A DNA stretch of 64,000 nucleotides from an uncultured delta proteobacterium (GCA_963823335.1 CAWGLD010000001.1:704001-768000); one strand, 5' to 3'. Positions 1-10,067 are shown, counted from the stretch's first letter. Numbers and translations: made by a program. The notes: generated from the letters alone by a model not told the origin.

Positions 1-117
1 TTCAAGGCTTTGATTTTTAATGAAATACCCAATATCGACGGTGTCATATCGCTTGACACGTCTTTGATTGTGGAAATCGTCAAAGACACGTGGGATTTTG
101 GAACAGCATGGGATTGA
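1..117 (+). CDS. 3' end of a probable Lrp/AsnC-family regulator (partial, runs off the window start)
   Basis: Frame 1 reads FKALIFNEIPNIDGVISLDTSLIVEIVKDTWDFGTAWD*, which resembles the end of an AsnC ligand-binding domain (I..I.GV...T.....K). Confidence 0.5.
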   Translation, partial: FKALIFNEIPNIDGVISLDTSLIVEIVKDTWDFGTAWD

Positions 118-136
118 TCGGGAGCGGAGCCCTCTT

Positions 137-760
137 TTAGATTCCCACAAACGGATTGGTGCGTTTCTCCCGACCGATGGTCGTGAGTCCCATATGCCCC
201 GGGTAAACCGTGACATCGTCATCGAGGGTAAAGAGCTTTTCCTGTATACTTGCCTTTAATACGCCAAAATCTCCCCCGGGAAAATCGGTCCTTCCAATGG
301 ATCCCGCAAAGAGGGTATCCCCGACGAATACGGCTTTGCCTGCATGCAGAGAAATGCCGCCAGGGGTGTGCCCCGGGGTATGGATCACCGTTAAGGCAAT
401 ATTGCCCACCTGCACCACATCGCCATGGGCAACTGTGCGGTCCGGGGGAGGTGAATTATCGGAAGACATGCCCCACGCCGCAGCCGTTGCCGACAGCTGA
501 GACAACATGGGCGCATCCAGTGAATGGATCAACAGCTCCGCCCCGGTTACCTCTTTCATGCGCTGGTTGGCACTCACATGATCAAAATGACCATGGGTGT
601 TGATAATTGTCTTTACCGTCAGGCCGGCCTCCGCCAAAACCATTAAAATTCTGTCGGCTTCGTCTCCGGGATCAATTACCGCCGCTGCCTTGGTTTCTTC
701 GCAGCCCACGATATAACAGTTTGCCATAATCGGTCCGACAGTCAGGTCCTTGATGATCAA
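137..760 (-). CDS. MBL-fold metallo-hydrolase (glyoxalase II-like)
   Basis: THGHFDH motif, HTPGHTPGG, GDTLF and PGH. Confidence 0.9.
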   Translation of the reverse strand: MIIKDLTVGPIMANCYIVGCEETKAAAVIDPGDEADRILMVLAEAGLTVKTIINTHGHFDHVSANQRMKEVTGAELLIHSLDAPMLSQLSATAAAWGMSSDNSPPPDRTVAHGDVVQVGNIALTVIHTPGHTPGGISLHAGKAVFVGDTLFAGSIGRTDFPGGDFGVLKASIQEKLFTLDDDVTVYPGHMGLTTIGREKRTNPFVGI

Positions 761-769
761 TGGTGCCTC

Positions 770-1456
770 CTATTGTCTTTGCTTCGCCTGTTCAATAAGA
801 TCGAGAATGCTCGCGATCTTGTCAGGGGGTCTGGCCTCTGTAAATGATTTGAATGCCGCTTCGGACATGTTGTTCTCCAGATAGGTCTGAACATCAAACG
901 TCTCCCACCAGCAATCCATGATCTTGAAACACGGCATGCCCCCCTCGCCGGTTGTCCTGCAGTAGCTGAAGGGAACCGGTCCGCCAAGCCGCGGGCAACG
1001 CCGTTCCAATGAGTCTTTGTCATCGACTGTTTTCATTTTCATGTCACCTTTTTCAATGGCGATCCGAAGAGAGTCCAGAATACCGTTGATGAATGGGCCG
1101 GATTCGTGGGTACCATATTTTTTCCCGATGTCGATGGCTTCATTAATGGAGACCTTGATGGGGATATCTTCACAATACAGCATCTCGAACACCGCAATCC
1201 GCAATATGTTTCTGTCGACATGCGGCATGCGATGAAGTTTCCAGTTGCTGGAAAAATGCTCGATGGTCGAATCGATCTCGCCCTTTGATTGTCTGACACC
1301 CTCCACCAGCTTTCGAAAAAAGGGAACAGCTTGCTTGGAGGGCGAAAAATTGCTGTAAAAATCATCCAGGCCCTGAACGGAGTCATCCTGAATCATATCC
1401 AGATAAAAAAGAGCCTGCATGGCGTGTTCTCTTGCTTTTCGCCGGTTCCCCGTCAT
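770..1456 (-). CDS. nusB: Transcription antitermination factor NusB with a C-terminal Cys-rich extension of about 90 aa
   Basis: RRKAREHAMQALF, DRNILR, INEAIDIGKKYG and FINGILD motifs; follows ribH. Confidence 0.92.
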   Translation of the reverse strand: MTGNRRKAREHAMQALFYLDMIQDDSVQGLDDFYSNFSPSKQAVPFFRKLVEGVRQSKGEIDSTIEHFSSNWKLHRMPHVDRNILRIAVFEMLYCEDIPIKVSINEAIDIGKKYGTHESGPFINGILDSLRIAIEKGDMKMKTVDDKDSLERRCPRLGGPVPFSYCRTTGEGGMPCFKIMDCWWETFDVQTYLENNMSEAAFKSFTEARPPDKIASILDLIEQAKQRQ

Positions 1457-1461
1457 GATGC

Positions 1462-1929
1462 TTAACCGATGGTCTCTAGAAGATTGGCCATCTCCACGGC
1501 CGCCATGGCAGCGCTGAAACCCTTGTTGCCGGCCTTGGTTCCCGCCCGCTCGATGGCCTGCTCGAGGGTATCGGCTGTAATTATACCGAAAATGACCGGA
1601 ATTTCCGATTCGATGCTGACCATGGCAATGCCCTTGGAAACCTCCGCGCTAACATAGTCGAAATGCGGTGTCGCTCCACGAATAACGGCCCCCAGACAGA
1701 TAACCGCATCATATTTCTTCTTCTGGGCCATCTTTTTGGCAATCAAGGGAATCTCAAAGGCGCCGGGCACCTTAACAACATCAATATCATCATCTTTGCC
1801 GCCACATCTCACCAGCGCATCCACGGCACCTCCGACGAGTCGCTCTGTAATGAAATCATTGAATCGACTCACCACAACAGCAAATTTTTTCCCTTCTGCA
1901 ATTAGATTGGCTTCAACAATTTTTGGCAT
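1462..1929 (-). CDS. ribH: 6,7-dimethyl-8-ribityllumazine synthase
   Basis: [22 protein letters not shown] and GTKAGNKG motifs. Confidence 0.97.
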   Translation of the reverse strand: MPKIVEANLIAEGKKFAVVVSRFNDFITERLVGGAVDALVRCGGKDDDIDVVKVPGAFEIPLIAKKMAQKKKYDAVICLGAVIRGATPHFDYVSAEVSKGIAMVSIESEIPVIFGIITADTLEQAIERAGTKAGNKGFSAAMAAVEMANLLETIG

Positions 1930-1957
1930 TCTTCTCCTCCGGATTTATGGTATAACA

Positions 1958-2050
1958 AGGGTCCAAGTGTTTGTTTTCCAGCTTTTCTGCATAACGTTTA
2001 CCCTTTTATAACTTAAGTGTTTCACTCGAACCCTGGGACCCTGGAATCCT
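1958..2050 (-). pseudogene. Collapsed four-helix-bundle cassette remnant (ATG CAG AAA joined out of frame to codons for LENKHLDP) with 8-mer repeat arms
   Basis: CAAGTGTTTGTTTTC matches the 3' end of the four-helix-bundle fragment at 57981 (LENKHLNP), and the CCCTGGAATCC-type arm matches 58211-58245. Confidence 0.6.
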
Positions 2051-2053
2051 AAA

Positions 2054-3268
2054 TTAGGACTCACACATGCTCAAAATATGCCCCATTTTCAACTTCTTGC
2101 ATTCAAGGTAGCCCTTGTTGTGCTTGTTGGGTTCGATTTCGATGGGGATCTGTTCGGTGACACTGAGGCCGTAACCCTCGAGACCGACCATTTTCTTGGG
2201 GTTATTGGTCAAGAGACGCATCTTTTTCACACCAAGCGATACCAGGATTTGCGCCCCGATACCATATTCCCTGAGATCGTCCTTGAAACCAAGCTCCTGG
2301 TTGGCCTCAACAGTATCGAGCCCGTGGTTTTGCTGAAGTTCATAGGCCTTCAATTTGTTGACAAGGCCGATACCCCTTCCCTCCTGGCGCATGTAGACAA
2401 TGACACCGGTTCCTTCCGCCTCTATCATCGCCATGGCCATGTGAAGCTGATCAGCGCAATCACATCGCATGGATCCGAAAATATCGCCGGTCATGCATTC
2501 GGAGTGAACCCGAACCAGAATAGGTTGTTCTGAATCGATGGTTCCCTTTACCAGTGCAATATGCGTCAGGTCGTCGATATCGTTTTCAAAGGCCAGGATG
2601 TCGAAGTCGCCCCCAAAGGCCGTGGGGATGCGCGTCTGAACCGCCATCCTTACAAAACATTCCGTACGTGTCCGATACGCCACAAGATCCGCTATGGTGC
2701 AGATGCCGATCCCATGCAAATCACTGAACTTTTCAAGGGCCGGCATGCGGGCCATGGTACCATCTTCATCCATGATTTCACAAATCACCGCCGCCGGTTT
2801 CAAACCGGCCAGACGGGCCAGATCCACGGAACCTTCTGTCTGTCCGACCCTGACCATGACACCGCCATCTCTTGCTCTCAAAGGGAAAATATGACCTGGC
2901 CGCGCCAGATCGCCCGGTTTTGAATTGTCCGCCACTGCCGCACGGATGGTCGTGGCACGATCAGCCGCTGAAATCCCCGTTGTGACACCTGTCTTGGCTT
3001 CTATGGAAACTGTAAAACCGGTTTGAAAACGTGATGTGTTTTCATTGACCATCAAGGGTAGTTCAAGGACATCGCACTTGTCACTCGTCATGGGAAGACA
3101 AATCAGTCCCCGGCCGAATTTGGCCATAAAATTGATGGCCTCGGGAGTCACGGCTTCGGCGGCTATACAGAGATCACCTTCATTCTCTCTGTCTTCGTCA
3201 TCGACGAGAATGACCATCCCGCCGGCTTTAATCTTTTCAATTGCTTCTTCAGTACTCAAATGGGGCAT
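2054..3268 (-). CDS. ribBA: Bifunctional DHBP synthase / GTP cyclohydrolase II
   Basis: [33 protein letters not shown] and LLTNNPKK motifs. Confidence 0.97.
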   Translation of the reverse strand: MPHLSTEEAIEKIKAGGMVILVDDEDRENEGDLCIAAEAVTPEAINFMAKFGRGLICLPMTSDKCDVLELPLMVNENTSRFQTGFTVSIEAKTGVTTGISAADRATTIRAAVADNSKPGDLARPGHIFPLRARDGGVMVRVGQTEGSVDLARLAGLKPAAVICEIMDEDGTMARMPALEKFSDLHGIGICTIADLVAYRTRTECFVRMAVQTRIPTAFGGDFDILAFENDIDDLTHIALVKGTIDSEQPILVRVHSECMTGDIFGSMRCDCADQLHMAMAMIEAEGTGVIVYMRQEGRGIGLVNKLKAYELQQNHGLDTVEANQELGFKDDLREYGIGAQILVSLGVKKMRLLTNNPKKMVGLEGYGLSVTEQIPIEIEPNKHNKGYLECKKLKMGHILSMCES

Positions 3269-3278
3269 TCTGAAACTC

Positions 3279-3950
3279 CTATAGTCCCGTATTAAGGAAA
3301 CCCGTCTTTGCCAGCAGACTCATGTCCAGGGCAGCTCCGCTGTTTCCCTTTGTCTTGTTTTGATAGTGTAACAAAAAACGTTCCACGTATTTGCCGATCA
3401 TATCGGTTTCGATGTTAACCTGTTCACCCACCTGTTTATAACCGATGGTAGTCAGTACGCCGGTGTGCGGAATAATGCTGACGTCGAAATGTGTATGTGT
3501 ACAGTGGTTCACGGTAAGACTGATGCCGTCCACCGCTATGGAGCCTTTTTGGATGATGTAGGGGCTCAGGGACGGCGGCACCTCAATGGTAATGACAAGT
3601 GCATTTCCACTCGGTTTCCTGCTCTTGATCATCCCGATACAATCCACATGGCCAGAGACAAAGTGACCGTCGAGCCTACCGGTCAGCATCAGCGCCCGCT
3701 CGATGTTGACACGCTCTCCGACCTTTGTTTTTTGAAATGTCGTTCTGTGAAGTGTTTCGGGAGACACGTCCGCCTGAAAACGCCGGCCTTCAACAGTGAC
3801 GGCTGTCAAACAGGCCCCGCTGATGGAGAGGCTGTCTCCGATTTTTGTGTCACCCAGGCTGAAGTCAGCATCAACGGTCAAACGTCTGCCAAGCCCGGAC
3901 GGACGAATTCCCACCACACTGCCCAAGCCTTCGATGATTCCTGTAAACAT
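3279..3950 (-). CDS. ribE: Riboflavin synthase (alpha chain)
   Basis: MFTGIIE N-terminus, GHFVSGHVD and KGSIAVDGISLTVN. Confidence 0.96.
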   Translation of the reverse strand: MFTGIIEGLGSVVGIRPSGLGRRLTVDADFSLGDTKIGDSLSISGACLTAVTVEGRRFQADVSPETLHRTTFQKTKVGERVNIERALMLTGRLDGHFVSGHVDCIGMIKSRKPSGNALVITIEVPPSLSPYIIQKGSIAVDGISLTVNHCTHTHFDVSIIPHTGVLTTIGYKQVGEQVNIETDMIGKYVERFLLHYQNKTKGNSGAALDMSLLAKTGFLNTGL

Positions 3951-3975
3951 TAAATCCTGCGTTTAAATTAGTTAA

Positions 3976-4123
3976 ACCCTGAGGCTGTAATCCAATACCA
4001 TTAACGTTAGCGATCCTGTCGTTTAAAAAGAAAATATCGAAAATTGAACAAGATATTTCGAACCGCAGAAGTAAAATAACTCACGTCGAATTTCGATATT
4101 TCTTGTTCGACATTCTGCGGTTC
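3976..4123. repeat. Dispersed imperfect-palindromic repeat (GAATATCGAA family); inverted copy at 44644-44795
   Basis: The reverse complement GAACCGCAGAATGTCGAACAAGAAATATCGAAATTCGA... aligns by eye with the 44644 copy, including the TAACGTTAATG tail. Confidence 0.8.
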
Positions 4124-4277
4124 ATTTTGAACCCGCTGTAAATCATCATGATGATTTACAGCCCTGTAATATATACACGATTAACCCGACAAGCAACCTA
4201 CAGACATCAATTTGTTCATGATAAGGGAAAAACAGAACGTATGCTGCATGTCAAATCTCGTCTGTTTTGAAGTCAGG

Positions 4278-5387
4278 TTACGATAATCCCATATACCCTG
4301 TTATCATAATATCGTCATCAAACCTTCGAACCGTTATCCCGTTGACCGGCCAAGCCCCCTGCATCAGCTCCGGTCCCTTGCCCCTGCATATGGGAACACC
4401 GTCGTTTCCTCCCAGCAGTTTGGGTGCATAGAAAAACATGATTTTATCCACAATACCGGCCGAAACAGACGATGCCATGATGCCACCCCCGCCTTCGATA
4501 AGCAAGCTGGTGATATGATTTCGCCCCAGCAGAGGCATCAACTGTGGCAGATCCACGCGGCCCTGGCTGACCGGCGCTTCCATCAGCCGGACGCCTGCTT
4601 TTTCCAAACGATCGCGTTTGTCTAGGGTGTCGTCAGTATGTTTGCCCGAGATTATCCACGTTTCAGCTTCGGACGTGGATTTTACAACGTTCGCCTCCTC
4701 TGAAATGGTGAGGTTTGTATCGAGAATTATTCTGATGGGGTTTTTGCCCGCCTTGTTTTGCAAGCGTGTTGTCAGACGCGGATTATCTTTCCGGACCGTC
4801 CCGATACCCACCAGAATGGCATCTGCCCTGTGCCGCAGACAGTGTACATACTGTCTTGCGGCCTCCCCGGTAACCCACCTACTATCACCGGTCCGGGTGG
4901 CAATCTGTCCATCCAGTGTTGCTGCGCATTTCAATGTCACAAAGGGCTGTTTTTTCTTCACGAATTTAACAAAAGCTTCATTCTGTCTTGCGGCTTCTGC
5001 CCTCAGAACCCCCGACACAACCGTAACACCCCTGGCAGCCAGATAGGCCATCCCGCCACCCTTGACATCTGGATTGGGATCTTCCATGGCCACCACAAGG
5101 CGATGTATACCGGCTTTCAGAATTTTTTCAGTACAGGGAGGGGTTCGACCGTGATGGTTGCAGGGTTCAAGGGTAACGTAGAGTGTCGCATTTTCAGCGT
5201 TGATGCCTGCATCATCGATGGCGTTGACTTCCGCGTGGGCTTTTCCAGCAGACATATGATAGCCCTTCCCGACAATGCTACCATCCTTGACAATGACCGC
5301 GCCCACCATGGGGTTTGGTGATGTTTCGCCTTGACCTTTTGACGCCAGATCAAGCGCCGTTTTCATGAAGTATTCGTCATCCTGCAT
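4278..5387 (-). CDS. ribD: Bifunctional deaminase/reductase RibD (ORF track extends to a GTG at 5435)
   Basis: SPNPMVGAV, HAEV, VTLEPCNHHGRTPPC and LIEGGG motifs. Confidence 0.96.
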   Translation of the reverse strand: MQDDEYFMKTALDLASKGQGETSPNPMVGAVIVKDGSIVGKGYHMSAGKAHAEVNAIDDAGINAENATLYVTLEPCNHHGRTPPCTEKILKAGIHRLVVAMEDPNPDVKGGGMAYLAARGVTVVSGVLRAEAARQNEAFVKFVKKKQPFVTLKCAATLDGQIATRTGDSRWVTGEAARQYVHCLRHRADAILVGIGTVRKDNPRLTTRLQNKAGKNPIRIILDTNLTISEEANVVKSTSEAETWIISGKHTDDTLDKRDRLEKAGVRLMEAPVSQGRVDLPQLMPLLGRNHITSLLIEGGGGIMASSVSAGIVDKIMFFYAPKLLGGNDGVPICRGKGPELMQGAWPVNGITVRRFDDDIMITGYMGLS

Positions 5388-5477
5388 GGCATCATCGTTC
5401 AGGGTCGGTTTTTTAAGGCCGGTCACTTCATACACACGGGGACGCGCCCGACCCGGGTATTTTGCAAACCTGCTGGG

Positions 5478-5933
5478 TTACTGTTTGCTGAGAATATTTT
5501 TTAGTTCCGCGACAAAGTCGTTTACGTCCTTGAATTCACGATATACCGATGCAAAACGAACATAGGCAATATCGTCAACCTCATGAAGAATATGCATGAT
5601 TTTTTCTCCCAGAACAGACGACGGTATTTCTTTCTCACCGGTTTCCCTGAGGTCCCGCTCAAGTTCGTCCACGTATTCTTCGATGAGATTCATGCTGATA
5701 TTCCGCTTTTCACAGGCTTTCTTGAGTCCGGAGCGTACCTTGCCACGATTGAAGACCTCTCTCCTCCCGTCCTTCTTGATGATCATTATGGGAATATCCT
5801 CTATGTGCTCATAGGTTGTAAACCGCCGATTGCACATCAGGCACTCTCTACGCCTGCGAATGACATTGCCATCCTTGCTCACTCTAGAATCAATGACCTT
5901 GTTGTCAATCTCGCCACAAAATGGACATTTCAT
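5478..5933 (-). CDS. nrdR: Transcriptional repressor NrdR
   Basis: MKCPFC, RRRREC, RFTTYE, ATP-cone region and [12 protein letters not shown]. Confidence 0.97.
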   Translation of the reverse strand: MKCPFCGEIDNKVIDSRVSKDGNVIRRRRECLMCNRRFTTYEHIEDIPIMIIKKDGRREVFNRGKVRSGLKKACEKRNISMNLIEEYVDELERDLRETGEKEIPSSVLGEKIMHILHEVDDIAYVRFASVYREFKDVNDFVAELKNILSKQ

Positions 5934-5966
5934 AATTTTCCCCTTTATGTGGTATACGTGAGGCTT

Positions 5967-6425
5967 TCAGATATCAAGTTTAACAATTCCGACACCCGCC
6001 TCTGTCAGCATCTCTTCAGACATGGTGTCTGCATAACCCGACAAATAATATATGAATTTAATACCAGCGTTGATAATCATTTTTGCACAGATGGAACAGG
6101 GCAAGTTGGTGCAGTAAAGAGAGGCATCCCGGATGGAAACTCCATGAAAGGCGGCCTGAATGATGGCATTCTGCTCTGCGTGAATCCCCCTGCACAACTC
6201 GTGTCGTTCTCCCGATGGGACCTTCAACTTCTCCCGGAGACATCCGGTTTCCTGACAATGACGAACGTTGGTCGGGGCACCGTTATAACCGGTAGAAAGC
6301 ATCCGTCTGTCCTTTACCACCACCGCACCCACCGAACGTCTCAAACAGGTTGAACGTTTGGCCACCAGTACGGCAATCTCCATGAAATAGGTTTCCCACG
6401 ACGGGCGTTCGGTAATTTCAGACAT
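5967..6425 (-). CDS. Cytidine/deoxycytidylate deaminase (dCMP deaminase-like)
   Basis: RPSW..YFM, RSTCLRR, TGYNG, HAEQNAI and PCSICAK. Confidence 0.92.
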   Translation of the reverse strand: MSEITERPSWETYFMEIAVLVAKRSTCLRRSVGAVVVKDRRMLSTGYNGAPTNVRHCQETGCLREKLKVPSGERHELCRGIHAEQNAIIQAAFHGVSIRDASLYCTNLPCSICAKMIINAGIKFIYYLSGYADTMSEEMLTEAGVGIVKLDI

Positions 6426-6451
6426 AAGATATTATTTCCATCTTAAAATAA

Positions 6452-6675
6452 ATGTCATTAGCACTTCGCGCGGCATTATGCCCTGCGGGCGTCATTTACA
6501 CTGCGTGTGTTATTAACGCTGCGCGTGTCATTCATTGTTGCTATCAGCTATCAATTACCCTCCAACCCTTCAAGCCTCGGACCCTCAAACCTAACACCTG
6601 AAACAGTTAATGCTGCTGTCCGCTTAACTGTCAGCCACCCTCGAACCCCTGTATCACCCTCGAACCCTCGGATCC
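6452..6675. repeat. Composite intergenic repeat block (hairpin-studded GTCATT array plus CCCTCGAA 8-mer array)
   Basis: GTCATT units separated by mini-hairpins at 6452-6540; CCCTCGAA/CCCTCCAA units at 6556-6675. Confidence 0.75.
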
Positions 6676-7919
6676 TACGTTGTATATATCGGAAAAGCAG
6701 TACAGAGTTCCCTGGCCTGGTTGCTCACTTTCTGAATGACATCCTGGTTATCAATATTCCGGAACACGTCGAGTATCATCTTGGCAATCAGGGCCATCTC
6801 CGGTTCTTTCAATCCTCTGGTTGTGATAGCCGGTGTTCCGATGCGGACACCGCTGGTGATGGCCGGACCAAGGGTGTCAAAAGGGATGCTATTTTTATTG
6901 ACGGTAATTCCCGCCAGACAAAGTGCTGCCTCGGCATCTTTTCCAGTAATACCCAGGTTGCGCAGATCCACCAGCAGCATATGATTGTCCGTGCCACCGG
7001 ACACGAGATTGACCCCGCCGGCCATCAAGTGTTCCGACAATGCCCTGGCATTTTTAACGGTCTGTATCTGGCATGTTTTGAAATCGTCCGACAACGCTTC
7101 CTGGAAAGCCGCTGCTTTTGCTGCAATGACATGCATCAACGGCCCCCCCTGGATACCGGGGAATATTTCCTTGTTCAATCGCCGGCTATATTCCATTTTG
7201 GAGAGAATCAAACCCCCTCTCGGGCCCCGGAGCGTTTTGTGGGTCGTCGATGTCGTCACATCTGCATAGGGTATGGGGGAAGGGTGAACACCCGCGGCAA
7301 CCAGGCCGGCAATGTGAGCCATGTCCACCATCAGGTACGCACCAACAGAGGCTGCAATGTCGGCAAACTGTTTGAAGTCGATGATGCGGGGATAGGCACT
7401 GGCTCCGGCAACGATCATTTTCGGCTGATGTTGTTCAGCCAGCGCCTTCAAGTGGTCATAGTCGATGATGCCTGTATCCGGATGTACGCCGTAATGAACA
7501 AAATGAAAAAGACGACCCGAAAAACTGACAGGGCTTCCATGGGTCAAGTGGCCCCCATGAGACAGGTCCATGCCCAGGATGGTATCCCCCATCTTCAGCA
7601 ATGCAAAGTAAACCGCCATGTTGGCCTGTGAACCCGAGTGCGGCTGCACATTGACATAGGATGCCTGGAAAAGCTTTTTGGCGCGTTCTATGGCCAGCGT
7701 TTCCGCCAGGTCTACGAACTCGCAGCCACCATAATAGCGCTTGTCAGGATATCCTTCCGCATATTTGTTGGTCAGGACACTTCCCTGTATGGCCATGACC
7801 GAACGACTGACGATATTTTCCGATGCAATCAGTTCCAGGTTGAACTGCTGACGGTTCAGTTCTTTTTCAAGAGCCGCCGCCAATTCAGGATCCGATGCTC
7901 TTATCATTTGAATATCCAA
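6675..7919 (-). CDS. glyA: Serine hydroxymethyltransferase (likely TTG start at 7919; GTG alternative at 7928)
   Basis: [36 protein letters not shown] and SGVRIGTPA. Confidence 0.98.
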   Translation of the reverse strand: MDIQMIRASDPELAAALEKELNRQQFNLELIASENIVSRSVMAIQGSVLTNKYAEGYPDKRYYGGCEFVDLAETLAIERAKKLFQASYVNVQPHSGSQANMAVYFALLKMGDTILGMDLSHGGHLTHGSPVSFSGRLFHFVHYGVHPDTGIIDYDHLKALAEQHQPKMIVAGASAYPRIIDFKQFADIAASVGAYLMVDMAHIAGLVAAGVHPSPIPYADVTTSTTHKTLRGPRGGLILSKMEYSRRLNKEIFPGIQGGPLMHVIAAKAAAFQEALSDDFKTCQIQTVKNARALSEHLMAGGVNLVSGGTDNHMLLVDLRNLGITGKDAEAALCLAGITVNKNSIPFDTLGPAITSGVRIGTPAITTRGLKEPEMALIAKMILDVFRNIDNQDVIQKVSNQARELCTAFPIYTT

Positions 7920-7967
7920 CGAATACACCCCCTTAAATAACTTAAAACATGACGTCTCATCTGCCCC

Positions 7968-8432
7968 CTACTTGCCGACGCAACGAGTGAAATCAATCCG
8001 GTCAAATTTGTCCAGGCGATTTTGATGCCGCCCTCCGTCAAATTCCGTTTTGAGCCATGCTTTCACGATCTCTTTGGCCAGCACGTCACCAATAACCCGA
8101 CCGCCCAGGACAAGGATGTTGGCATCGTTATGCTGACGGCTCATGACTGCGGCAAAAATATCACCGCAAAGTGCCGCCCTGACACCCGGAAAACGATTGG
8201 CTACCATGGACATACCAAGACCGGTACCGCACATCAGAAGACCCCGTTTCTGTTTACCGGAGGAGATGGCTGACGCTACCTTGATACCAAAATCGGGATA
8301 ATCCACGGAATCGGTCCCCAGGGCGCCGACATCTTCAACCGCAAAGCCCAGGCTCTCAAGATAAGATTTGATGGTTTCCTTCATCTGGTAGGCCGCGTGA
8401 TCACTGCCGATGACAATGGTTTCCTGTTCCAT
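7968..8432 (-). CDS. rpiB: Ribose-5-phosphate isomerase B
   Basis: GSDHA, DYPD, CGTGLGMS, HNDANIL and GGRH..R. Confidence 0.96.
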   Translation of the reverse strand: MEQETIVIGSDHAAYQMKETIKSYLESLGFAVEDVGALGTDSVDYPDFGIKVASAISSGKQKRGLLMCGTGLGMSMVANRFPGVRAALCGDIFAAVMSRQHNDANILVLGGRVIGDVLAKEIVKAWLKTEFDGGRHQNRLDKFDRIDFTRCVGK

Positions 8433-8448
8433 TAAAATCCTTTCCTTA

Positions 8449-8490
8449 ATAAAATCGTATTTACGATTTTATCTGACGTGACTGCGTCAC
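8449..8490 (-). repeat. Double-hairpin motif, copy 1 (upstream of the rpiB RBS)
   Basis: Sense strand reads GTGAC-GCA-GTCAC GTCAG ATAAAATCG-TAAATA-CGATTTTAT, then TAAGGAAAGGA. Confidence 0.8.
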
Positions 8491-8779
8491 TTATTTCTTT
8501 TTACATTTCCGTAAAACATATATCGATAAGGGATATCTGACCTTAACCGCCAGGTATTCTTTATCGATATTCATTGATTACCGCAAGCAAAAAAAGGGTG
8601 GCCAGACGACTTCTCATCAGGGGAAACAGACACCATCACCCGGAAATTTCAAAAATCTGCTCGGTCCCGACACAAGTAATTTCAACCTGAAACGGTCGTT
8701 ATTTACGACCAAGGGTGAAACAGGACAAGTCAGATTATGCTGACTGGAGGTTGTCTCCGCCAGGGTCGGTTGGTTTATC

Positions 8780-10021
8780 TCAGGATGGATATTTCTTGAA
8801 TATCAGTGTGGCGTTGGTTCCACCGAAACCAAAAGAATTCGACATGGCGAGAGCGATATCCTGCTTCCTGGCCACATTCGGCACATAATCCAGATCGCAC
8901 TCTTCGGCTACATTCTCATAATTGATGGTCGGTGGAAGGATGCCGTCATGAATGGCCAGCGTCGTAAAAACTGCTTCAACGCCCCCGGCGGCCCCCAGCA
9001 GGTGCCCGGTCATGGACTTGGTGGAACTTACCGGTATAGCGTGAGCTTTCTCCTTGAACACAGCCTTGATGGCTCTTGTTTCGTAAAGATCATTCAGGGG
9101 GGTCGAAGTGCCGTGTGCATTGATATAGTCGATATCTTGATAGGAAAGGTCTGCATCGGACAGCGCGGCATTGATGCATCTGATCGCCCCCCCGCCGTCC
9201 GGAGGTGGTGAGGTAATATGGTAAGCGTCTCCACTCATCCCATACCCTGCCATCTCGGCGTAGATGTGAGCGCCTCTTTCGAGTGCATTTTCCAGTGTTT
9301 CCAGGATGACGATCCCACCCCCTTCTCCGACGACAAAACCGTCCCGATCTCGATCAAATGGTCTTGATGCTTTCTGTGGATCGTCATTTCGCGTCGACAG
9401 GGCTTTCATGGCATTGAACCCGGCGATACAGGTGGGTGTAATCGTCGACTCAACACCGCCGGCAATCATGGCATCGGCGGCACCCCTCTTGATAAGCTTG
9501 AAGGCATCGCCAATGGCATGCGACCCGGCAGCACAGGCAGTGGCCACCGAGACATTCGGTCCTTTGGTCCCGAAGTGAATCGATATCATCCCTGGAGCCA
9601 TGTTGCCGATCATCATGGGAATAAAAAAGGGCGTCACCCGGTTGGGCCCCTTGCTGTCGACAACCCGGGTGATATCCTCCAGGATGGACAGCCCACCCAG
9701 ACCGCAACCGGTCACGACACCCACGCGGTCTTCATTGCGTTCGTCGATCTGTAACCCCGATGCGTCCATTGCCATTCGCGTTGCAGCAATCGCATAGGCA
9801 ATGAACAGCGAGGTCCGTCGAGCTTCCTTCAGGGGCAGAAAATCCTGCGGATGAAAATCTTTTACCTCTCCAGCTATCTGCGTGGCAAACCTTGACGCAT
9901 CAAATCGTGTAATCGCACCGATGCCGGATCTTCCGGCGCACACCCCTTCCCAGGATGCCTTGACACCGATGCCCACAGGCGTAACCAGACCCAATCCCGT
10001 AATGACAACTCGTCTACTCAA
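8780..10021 (-). CDS. fabF: Beta-ketoacyl-ACP synthase II
   Basis: TACAAG, INAHGTST, STKSMTGHLLGA and SNSFGFGGTN. Confidence 0.97.
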   Translation of the reverse strand: MSRRVVITGLGLVTPVGIGVKASWEGVCAGRSGIGAITRFDASRFATQIAGEVKDFHPQDFLPLKEARRTSLFIAYAIAATRMAMDASGLQIDERNEDRVGVVTGCGLGGLSILEDITRVVDSKGPNRVTPFFIPMMIGNMAPGMISIHFGTKGPNVSVATACAAGSHAIGDAFKLIKRGAADAMIAGGVESTITPTCIAGFNAMKALSTRNDDPQKASRPFDRDRDGFVVGEGGGIVILETLENALERGAHIYAEMAGYGMSGDAYHITSPPPDGGGAIRCINAALSDADLSYQDIDYINAHGTSTPLNDLYETRAIKAVFKEKAHAIPVSSTKSMTGHLLGAAGGVEAVFTTLAIHDGILPPTINYENVAEECDLDYVPNVARKQDIALAMSNSFGFGGTNATLIFKKYPS

Positions 10022-10067
10022 GCAAACTCCTTCAACAGTTGAATATCTCTAACTTCACCCTGCGAAA

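Noticed and set aside
3951-4277. FMN riboswitch in the rib operon
   Set aside because: No FMN aptamer consensus; the spacer is largely a dispersed repeat.
6507-7631. Long antisense ORFs (also 11964-12755, 33705-34583, 38149-38964, 47059-47637, 59520-60584)
   Set aside because: They shadow well-conserved genes on the opposite strand and have no recognisable motifs.
8500-8779. ZTP or glycine riboswitch upstream of rpiB-glyA
   Set aside because: Only partial CTGGCGG similarity; the other conserved elements were not found. A possible GGGTG...CACCC-T-tract terminator is present but weakly supported.
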